DNA from: Paramecium tetraurelia
Lineage: Eukaryota
Direction of reading: 5' to 3'
DNA: 64,000 nucleotides
NCBI GenBank assembly: GCA_000165425.1
Contig: CT868022.1
Coordinates: 1 to 64,000 of the forward strand
In this document: piece by piece, positions 27,455 through 37,660 of the stretch
Layout of the letters: each line of letters starts with the position of its first letter
Position numbering within the stretch: the stretch's first letter is position 1
Notes under the pieces: model-generated
Told to the model about the DNA's origin: nothing
What the model saw: the letters and a program-made list of their open reading frames with translations, nothing else
Databases searched by the model: none
Program-made: the position numbers and the translations under genes

Positions 27455-29526
27455 TCATTATTGCTTAATATATTCAATCGCAAAGGATTCAGAATTAAAT
27501 TCATTAATTGACCTAACAATAATATCTTTAAGAGTGCAAATTGTGGACTAATTTATTATATTTTAACAGTTCTAATCAAAATATTACAGAATTATTAAAG
27601 TATGTAGGATCCCAGATTTCCAAAAATTGCTTTCAGAATATTATACATAATCAATTTCTAATATTGAAATCTTCTCTATAAATAATTCAAATATATTGAA
27701 CTGATTTATTTCAAAATCTTCTTTCGTATTATTCATCAAATATAAGGATGCCTATTCTATTTCTCTTTTGTATTCAGATTTATCTGTTGTAAAGGCTTGT
27801 AAAATTGACTTTAAATTTAGTACTCTACTTTAAAGCTTCTTTTCTTAAGGATTTCCAAAAAAATCTAAAGCTCTATTAATTAAACCAAAAGTTTCGCTAA
27901 AGATAGGAACAAAGCCTTCATTAGAATTTTTGAGATTATCATTTTATTGGATTACTTCCAAAATTTATTTTGAATCAAATTTAGAATTGATCATAAAACT
28001 ATCCAATGAAATTAACTCTATAATATAAAGATAATTAAATAGATGCCAAAATAATGAATGCTAATACTAATTCATTTTTGGATTTAATGATTCTTTTTAC
28101 TTTGAACATTCTAAATTTATACTTAATTTTTCTGTTTAATTAAAAGGGATTTTTTCATTAAAATGATAATTTTGATCGTCCTAGTCCTAACTTAGATTAC
28201 TCTTTAATTTAGAAATTTCTATTTTGCAATTTAAAATGTTTTCCATCTACAATTTAAGTGTCTATAATATTTCTCCTTAATTTTCTTTTGATTTTGAGGG
28301 TGCAAATAATCCTAAAAGGTCTTCAATAATTTTAATCTCAGATTAATATTACTAATGATAAACTTCAGATAAAACATTGATTTTCAGCAGATATTCCATT
28401 TCTTCTTTAACATTTTATAATTCTTTGTCTATGGATGTTAAAATTTCTACTTTTTATAGTAGAAAAATAATTTTATCTTTCGTAATTTGGAATTGAAGTA
28501 TTTGTTAGGATGTTACTTTTAATGAAAGTTAAGTAGCTTTTTAAGAATTCTCATAGGCTTGATTTAAGTCTTTTAGAGAAAGATAAAGAAAACCTAAGCT
28601 AAAACAATATAACGGGTTTGCTGGCAATAATTCAATGGCTTTGGAATAGTCCATTATTGCTTTTTCATATATCTACTAATCAGAAAAGATGAGTCCTTGT
28701 TGTTATAGAATCTTGGTTACCTCTGTTATAGTAGGCTGCAGCATGTTTAGAATTTAATTCAAGCGCTTTGGAATAATCGACTATTGCTTCTTCATAATTC
28801 CCTTAATTTTTATATGCATTAGCTAGCTATTTAAGATTATTTACCTCTAATATAAAAAGCATCAGCATTTTCTCTTTGTAATTATAATGCTTTTGAACAA
28901 TCCATTATAGCTTCATCAAACTTCCCACAATTCACATATGCATTGCCATAATATACATATTATTTTTACCTCTATTGTTATAAGCAGCTGCATAATGAGG
29001 ATTGATTATAATTGATTTTGAGTAATCTGCTATTGCTTCATTGTAATTACCTAAATTCTAATTCGAGTTTGCTTTTTATTCTATATTTCATTACCTCTAT
29101 TATTATATGCTGATGCATTTTCAGGAACCATTTCTATGAATTAAGTATAATCGATTATTGCTTCTTAAAACTTTCCCTGTTTTCCAAATACTAATGCTTT
29201 TTATGATTAATAACTATTTTAAACCTCTATTAAAGAAGGCAGCACTATATTGGGGATTAATATTGATGGCTAAAGAATAATCTTTAATGGCATCTTCGAA
29301 ATTGGCCAAACTTTAAAAGGCATTGCCTAATTGTTATAATAAAGAATCACCTCTATTATGATAAGCAGCAGCATATTAAGGATTTTCTTCGATAGCTTTA
29401 TTAAACTCTTTTATAGCCTAATTGAATTTTCCCTACTTTGAATAAACAAGGCCTAATCATATCAGATTATTGACTACCATTATTTAAATAACCATAAGCG
29501 AAAATGCTTTAGTTAAATGAATTCAT
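27455..29526 (-). CDS. Tetratricopeptide repeat (TPR) protein with 7 phase-1 introns and a C-terminal helical domain
   Basis: Repeats such as GLVYSKQGKFNQAIKEFNKAIEENPQYAAAYHNR. Introns at 29453-29477, 29327-29350, 29197-29224, 29072-29094, 28947-28969, 28823-28844 and 28696-28720. Confidence 0.9.
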
Positions 29527-29841
29527 AATTAATTCAAGAATTTATATAAAATTACACCTTTTTTTTCTTTATCATATTTCTACTAACGGTTACCATTCTA
29601 AAATCTATAGCTTTAATGGATTATTTTATTGTTATTTATATGTTTTTGTTCGACTAAACCTTCCATTTAAGAAGTTTAACCAGGGTTGAGAAATTTGATT
29701 TAATTGCATAGAACATTATTGAATTCTTATCTTTATAATTAATGTAATAAGCAATTTTATGTAATAAATATAAGTCCATCAACAATTTTTAATTTTTAGG
29801 GAATTTAAAAAAATTATAACCTTAAATAAATTAATTATAAC

Positions 29842-30842
29842 ATGTAAAGTTTATAGAAGAAGGTTGTCAATATCGTTATTATCGGCGATTAAGGGTATAC
29901 ATATAACCTAATAAATGTTTAGAGCAGGTAAAACTACGCTTTTCAAGCAAGTTACAACTGGTTAATTCACTCCTGAATATTATTCAACAATTGGAGTAGA
30001 CGTAGGAATAAAAGAAATAAGTATTGAGGGTTTTTAATATCATTTATAAGTAAAACACCTATAAAATCCACTAGTTTTGGGATACATCAGGATAGGAGAG
30101 ATTCTAAGCTATAATTTAATCATATTACAGGAGAGCAGAATGCTGTGTTATCGTTTATGATTTAATTGATCCAGAAGACTACAAAAATGTTAAGCATTGG
30201 ATGAAACAATTTTCTTTTCGTTGTGACTTAGATCCTGAACAAAAATTTCCTTTTGTTATAGTAGGGACTCATTTAGATAAATTAACAGAAGTATAAAAAC
30301 AAAATCTTGATCCATCAGATAATATTCAATCTTTTTAGATTTCATTAAAGGATGATAATTCAGTATAATAAATAATATAAGCCATTATTAATTGTGCAGT
30401 ATTAGAATAACACAACAAAATTAAATATTAAGAAAAAGCTAAATCCAATCCAATATGTCAAAAGTTTACCAATTAAATCAATAACGACTTAGAAAAACTA
30501 AATGATATTATGACTTTGGTGTAATCAAGTAAAAAGCAAGTTGTTGAGACCTACGATTAACTTATTAATAATGTAGGAACATGGTAAAAGGAATTGAAAG
30601 ATCTTAAATAATTTTATAACAGTCCAACTTTTGTTAAATAAATAGAATCGTCCAATTTTTCAGAGGAGTTGTTTTTTGAATAGGAATCAATATCATTTAA
30701 TGATAAAATATAATAAGTTAATCAATCTAATTCAGAAAAATCAGAAATGAACCTTAAGGATTTTAGTAATGTATTAGAGGAGGCTACTAAATTGAAGGGT
30801 GAATTTAATTAAAAAAAAAACCAAATTAACAAAGAGAAATGA
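29842..30842 (+). CDS. Divergent Rab-like small GTPase with C-terminal coiled-coil extension and no prenylation motif
   Basis: IVIIGDQGAGKT, STIGVD, FWDTSGQERF, YYRRAECCVIVYD and G4 region VIVGTHLD. Two short introns (~29895-29922, ~30050-30074). Ends ...QINKEK*. Confidence 0.85.
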
Positions 30843-31439
30843 TGTCTAAGATATACAATGATCAAAATTAATATCAAAATTTCTTTATTTCAATTATGTA
30901 TAGGCTAAACTACAATTTAAGATATTCTTATAGTGTTCTCACTTTTATCTAATTTATGGATTTGACAAATAGTTTTATACACTATATTTTAGGTTTCTAT
31001 TTTTTTTTTAATACTTTTGAAGGGTGTTTTTCAAATAACATCATTATTTTTTAAACTTTAAAATATATTCAAATTGCGGATGTAATATATTATATTTTAT
31101 CTTTATCTTTATATTACGCAAGAATAAATTTTACATGAGGAATTCAAAATCTAGAACAGAATTCAATATAAGATGAATTGAAATATTTAAGAAAATAATT
31201 AATTAATTGATCTGTTTAATTGAAATAATGATGAATTAAATCGATCAGTCAGTATGTAAATTACAATCATAATATTGAGAATTTATTGAATTCTTTGTAT
31301 TCAAATGATAAACTTCTTCATTTGAAACTTATTCAAATAATTTGCGACTTTAAAATTACTTTGTAATTCAGTATTACTTCTTTATTTTTAAATTAAATAA
31401 AAAATAGATCAAGTATTGACTCTCAAATATCTAGAATCA

Positions 31440-31560
31440 TATCTCAAGTATAAATTGCATTTTTTTGCATCCTAAAAATGAGGATATGGTTGTTTCTGGA
31501 TCTATTGATTGCCCAATTAAATTTTGGGTTGTCTCATCATCTGAAATTTGCATACTAACC
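31440..31560 (+). pseudogene. Isolated WD40 repeat fragment
   Basis: HPKNEDMVVSGSIDCPIKFW is readable, but no complete propeller ORF flanks it. Confidence 0.5.
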
Positions 31561-32894
31561 TAATTCTTATAATAATTGTAGAAATTTACCAATTCTTGAG
31601 TTCACTCATCTAATAAATGGTTTCAATTTTTTCGTGAAATCTAATTTAAGGAAGAGAACACTATCGCTATTAGGGTTCCCTCAATTTCACATAATTCAAC
31701 ATCCTCCTCCGGGCATCTAGGTCCAGCCGGGATTTTAGGGGCATCATCAATCTTAAACTTCACTCTCTTTCCCTTTCCTTTTTCTTGACTTCCCTAAATG
31801 TCTTTGCATCAACCCTAGCCTCTTCTTAATTGCCAGAATTGGCTCAGAAGAGACTCTCTCGGGATGCTCAATTATGACATAATCAAGAATTTAAGTTTAA
31901 TTAAATTTTTTCCGTCAGTTTATATTAAATCTAGGAATCTATTGATTATAAAAAATTGTGTGTGTACATTAATGTATTAAAAGTTGTGCCTTCTGAGCAT
32001 ATATTTAAATTATATTAATCATTTGAATTTAAATTGAATATTTATTTGGAAGCCAAAGCTATGATAGAGATTTATTACTAACTTGGGATATCGAATAAGT
32101 AAGTTTTAAAATAAAATGAGTTAAGAAACAAAAAACAAACAAATAATTTCTATGAAGAAAAAATGATTAAAATCAAATATCGTATGAAATTCTAAAAAAA
32201 ACGCATCAAAATTAGATAGGGCATTAATTTCTTAGAAATTTAGAAGTATTTCCAAGGATATAATAGTGGGTATTGTATAAGAGAAGAAATCATAAAATAC
32301 CTGGAGTTTGGATTAAATTTTCGGAATAAAATAATCGATAGAATTAGATTAAATTCAAAATTATTGAGCTATATGCTTCGAAGTTTATTTAAAATTCTAA
32401 AATAATTAAACAAAATTTTAATGAGAATACTTAATCACAAAGTAGAATTATAAGTATAATCCCAGGTTCAGAAATGAATTCCTTTAGATTATGGATGGAT
32501 AAACATTGCAATTGAGTATTTATCATACCTAGGCAATACTTATACATAAATCATAAAAGTACCTTATTAATTCAGAAAATTCAAGTGATAAATTTGAAGC
32601 TCGCTATATATTGAAAATAATTGTAATACAACTACATAGAGATTCAATATTATTTTTAAGAATACAAGAAAACAATTATTTGATTTCTTATGTTTAGAAG
32701 TAGAGTCTGAGTTACTTCTGACACCTATTTAAATTAAAAAATATTATTTATATAATTTGCTTTGTAATTCCACATATGAAATGCAAATGAATTAAATAAA
32801 TTAATAAGTACTTTTAGAAACACTCAAATTCTATTAAGATTGAAATTAAGCCCTAATTTTATGAAAAAGTGAGATTTAAAAAATAGAGTAAAAC

Positions 32895-33797
32895 ATGAAG
32901 AACAAGTAATCTCAATAAAGGAAGTTGATACAAATTCAGAATTCAAACAAAAAAGAAAAAGTTAACCTTTGTAAAAAAGACACTTCTCGTATAGGAAGCG
33001 TCATAAATAAAACCCATAATAAAAATTAATAGTTACCTGTTGCCAAACCAATTACTTAAATTTAACCGAAACTACCTCTAATAATAAATTATGAAAATTC
33101 CTCCAAACCTAAAAATACAAATAAATAAATGTAACAGAAACCAATAACTGACCTATAAAAATAAAATGATAAAGTTGAAAATAATAATTACCCTAATGCA
33201 ATTTTATTAGGTGCTCCAGGAGTTGGAAAAACTTTTATTATGCATAAATTATTTCCAAAGGAAAAAAATATAAAAGAATTTATGTTGTATAAATTATCAC
33301 TATTAGAATACAATTTTGTTGACACTGTAGGATTCGATTTTGAGCGGGATATATAAATGAGGGAGGCTCAAATAAAAATGTTTAAAGAATTTTTCATACA
33401 AGTTAATAATAGAATTTCTTCAATATTTATTGTGGTGAATTTTGAAAGGACTGATTTAATGAAAAAAAAATTGATTTCTGTTTATAAGTACTTTAGGAAA
33501 TTTACAAATCTAATAAGTATAGTTGTGACTGATTTCCATTTAAGTGAAAGCAACGAAGATGAAGAAAATTTAATAAAAAGTCTGAAAATATTTTAACCTA
33601 ATGATGTATTGTTTGTAAGGGGGGATGTAAAACCAGAAGAACTAACAAATTAATTAAAAAAAAAATAATCAAAAATAATTAAGAAAATAAATTAGTTTAA
33701 TCAATTAAACTTAAAAGACACAATCTTTGAGCAAGATGATTTGGAAGAGTAGAATATACTAAGAACATAGTTATTAAAAAAAATGATAAATAAATGA
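32895..33797 (+). CDS. P-loop GTPase, AIG1/GIMAP/Toc34-like; 5' extent uncertain
   Basis: AILLGAPGVGKT (G1), NFVDTVGF (G3) and SSIFIVVNFER..ISIVVTDF. Upstream 32100-32890 looks coding but is not in one frame. Confidence 0.7.
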
Positions 33798-34466
33798 TTA
33801 TATTTTTTAAATTTTTTTAATAATTCATAACTAATAATAAAAAAAGGAGAAATTACTTAAGCATTAATTTTGCATATTTATTAGCTAATTAATATAGATT
33901 TATCATATAGATTGGATTTTTGAAGAAGGATTAAAATATTATCACACCCTTTTGTTTTTTTAAAGATAATAAAAAATATCATCTTCAATTCTTAAAATGA
34001 TTTCGCTTCGAAAGTATCCTTAAATACACTCCACTGTAATAATACCATATTCATAAACTAGCTCACTCGGATTGAATGATGTATTTTATAATAAAATTTG
34101 TTATTTTGTTGTCCTCTACTTTAAGGATTATTAATTTAATTATCAATTAACCCTTAAATTTTAAGATACTAATTTATTTTAAATATATAATAGAAATATG
34201 AATAAATTATGAAAATGTATTAAAATTAGAGTAATACAATGGTAGCTACATCTTCTGAAATATTTTAATATAGTTTTTCATTTTTGTAATAATTCATTTG
34301 AGACATGATCTCAATCGAAAAGATTGGTACAAAAAATAAAGGAATTGTAAATTTCTAAAAATGATTTATATTATTATTTAGAGAGAACCTGATTAACAAA
34401 ATAAATGCTATATTATTTGTTAATTTATTCCACTAATTTCCTTAAAATAATAAATATGAATATTAT

Positions 34467-36477
34467 TCATTATTTTATTTAACTGTTCTTTTCTAGAATT
34501 CTTTTAATGCTTTATCTTGTTATTTAATGGTAGAATTCTTAATAAGTTCTAAATGTTTAAACTGCAAATTCGCTTAAATAAATAAAAAAATTACTGATCT
34601 AATTCGTTTAGTGCTTGGTAGACAGGGCAGGAAATTTCACATGTACCAACCGACCCTAAGAAGTCTGAAATTTAAGTAAAGCGGGTTCGATCTCTAGCAG
34701 TTAAAATGGCTTTAAACCATCTAAATTTTAATTCACAGTCATTTTCATTAGTTAATTTTAAATCTTTGTCTATTTGTTCAATAACTTATTATGTTAATTC
34801 TTTATTTTGAGCCTTTTTAAATAATTCCTCCAAGAACACCTTTTTCTAGGATGGATAAAAATTAAAATAATCAGCATAATGATCAGGTTATTGTCCATCA
34901 GCCAGAATGTAAGCAGTAGTATATTATTAAGTTTCAACAAGTTTATTAGTAGAAAAATCTAACCTAATTGGTGGTAATCCTGGTTGATAAATCCAAGAAT
35001 CCCAATACTCTAAGATTTGATATCTTTTAGTTGAATAATTATCTACATGTTGTTCATATAAATATCTAATGATAAAGTTTTATAATTCTTGCTGATCAAT
35101 AGATTTATACATATATGTAGCTAAATACGATCTCAGCATATATTTAAAATCTTCTTCTCCAATGATTCCTTCTAAAAATGTCAAAAATTAGAATCCTTTT
35201 TCATAAAGTATATCAGAAATTGATAGTTAAGGATTAATTCCTGTTGTATCAGGATGAAGAGATGTAAAATTGCTATCAGGACCGAAATTCAAAATATCTG
35301 CATACATAGATGCATTTCCAATTATGGCTTTTAATTTAATATCATCAGGGACCTTATAATAAAATGAAGAAGCTTTTCTTTCTAAAAATACAGTAAATCC
35401 TTCATTAATCCACATGTTTCCCCAATTTACACATGTTACCGTATTGCCAAACCAAGAGTGAGCCATCTCATGGATGGCCACATATAATCCACTGCCAGTC
35501 TTTGTCATAATAGTTGGGCTAGCAAAAGTTAATAATGGATTTTCCATAGCTCCATAAGGAAAAGAAGGAGGTAATATCACAATAGTGTAAGTTCCCCAAG
35601 TGTATGGTCCTATATATTGTTCAATAGCCTATAAAAATTATTCCATATCTTTGAGTTCTTCTTTGTATTCATTAATTTTATCTGGCTCGCTAATTAAAAA
35701 GGTTCTATCTCCATTACTTGTGGGTACTTTTTATAAATTACCAGCAACTATAGCGATTAAGTAGCTTGGTATTGGAATTTTTTATAGAAAATATTTATAT
35801 TTCCAAGTAAAATTTGGATCAATCTCGGGATGGTTTTAAATTTTAAATTATTCTTAGCTTTCTTAGGCTGACATAAAAACATCTGTTGCTTCTGTATTCT
35901 TGTAATTATAGTAGCAGAATATGTTTATTTTATTGCAGGTGTATCTTATAATGGTGCTAAGGATCTGCAATATGCATCTTCACATTATGTAAATAAAAAA
36001 GGCATGCCTAGACATATAAATAAATTTTAACTTTTCGTCGATGTCTATGACACATTCATAAAACTAACTGATTCAGATCGAGAATCGATTGAGTATTTGA
36101 TTGATAACATGATGATTTCACCCCTTCGATACTCCCTATTAAGAAGTATATTCAATCGTTAGCCTTAATCACTATCAGCATATGGATTATCAATAATATG
36201 GCGAAGAAGAAGTCCATTTTCCATATAAATTGAATAGATATTCAATTCCTTTATGTCTAAACAAATCTATCATATTTTTGTAATAAACTTTGTTTATAGA
36301 GGATCTTGCAACATGAAATTTATAGTTAGCTGTAGCATTAATCTATTTCTTTTCCATATTTGATAGCAATTCAAAATGAATATGCTTATTTTATACATCA
36401 AGGTAATTTGAAAATGTGTTTACATCTATCTCCAATCCAAATGAAAAATTGATATATAAAAGTGCAAATATAAACAT
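34467..36477 (-). CDS. M1-family zinc aminopeptidase (leukotriene A4 hydrolase-like) with signal peptide
   Basis: PPSFPYGAMENP, HEMAHSWFGN..W.NEGFT (HEXXH-x18-E) and IPSYLIAIVAG. N-terminus MFIFALLYINFSFGLEIDVNTFSNY. Three short introns. Confidence 0.95.
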
Positions 36478-37660
36478 TATTTTTCTTGTTTTTTATATTA
36501 TTTATAACTTACTAGCATAAAAGAATAAATAAACTTAGATTTTGTTAGAAACTATATAGAAAAATACAAATTCATGTAATTTATTATTATGTTTATAATA
36601 AAATACAACCTCATATTTAAAGTGTTTTAATCTGCTCTTTACAATATTTCGATATTTTTCAATCTTACGGCTATGAAAACAACATTATATTATGGGAATT
36701 TTAATGAAAGCGAGTGTTCAAGCATAGAAAAATACAGCGCTATGTTTTTAAATTTCTTATCTTGCTCAGATAGATTAATATGGTGAGAGTGCCAAGCTTT
36801 TTTATGCATTTGAATTACTTGCATAACTATAGTTATGATATTGAGAGATTTATATTGAATTATAAAACGACAAATATTCACTTCCATTTTGGATTATCTT
36901 ATATGCTTAGNNNNNNNNNNNNNNNNNNNNNNNNNNNNNNNNNNNNNNNNNNNNNNNNNNNNNNNNNNNNNNNNNNNNNNNNNNNNNNNNNNNNNNNNNN
37001 NNNNNNNNNNNNNNNNNNNNNNNNNNNNNNNNNNNTTTAAGAAGTATAAGAATAAATGTTTATTAGCAATATATTTATACAATACCGTGTCAAAGATGAA
37101 TATAATACATTATTATTTATCATTATACATAGAATTTCAATTTGTTTTTAATCCTTAAATTTTTTAATATCTATATTATTAATTGCTTTAAAAACATTGA
37201 TAATTCTTAACCAACTTTAAAATTAATTTTATAGTAAAATGTTAAGACATCTCAACAATTTTGTGCTGGTGTGTTTTGTTTTTGAACTGCTGAATTAATT
37301 CACAATAATTTTTCTAATAATAGAATTCTTACTGATTGTTTATGAATAACTTCCACAATTTGATTTAGAATACTCACACTAAATGATTTTTTACTTCTAT
37401 CTAAAAGTATTCTATCTTAATTTTAAGGATATTGCATAATATATATTAAACTAATTATCATATTACAAACATAATTTATAAATTTGCAAAAATATTTATG
37501 ATTCGACAAACTTAAGGTAAATTACAAACAATATATCATTAGAATCTAAGTAGTTTGAATATACCTTTCTATTCTATTTTATTATCACAAATGACCTTTC
37601 AAATCATTCTAATAATATAAATTTTAACAAAAGTAAATTTTCTAATTGAAAATTAAGTTG

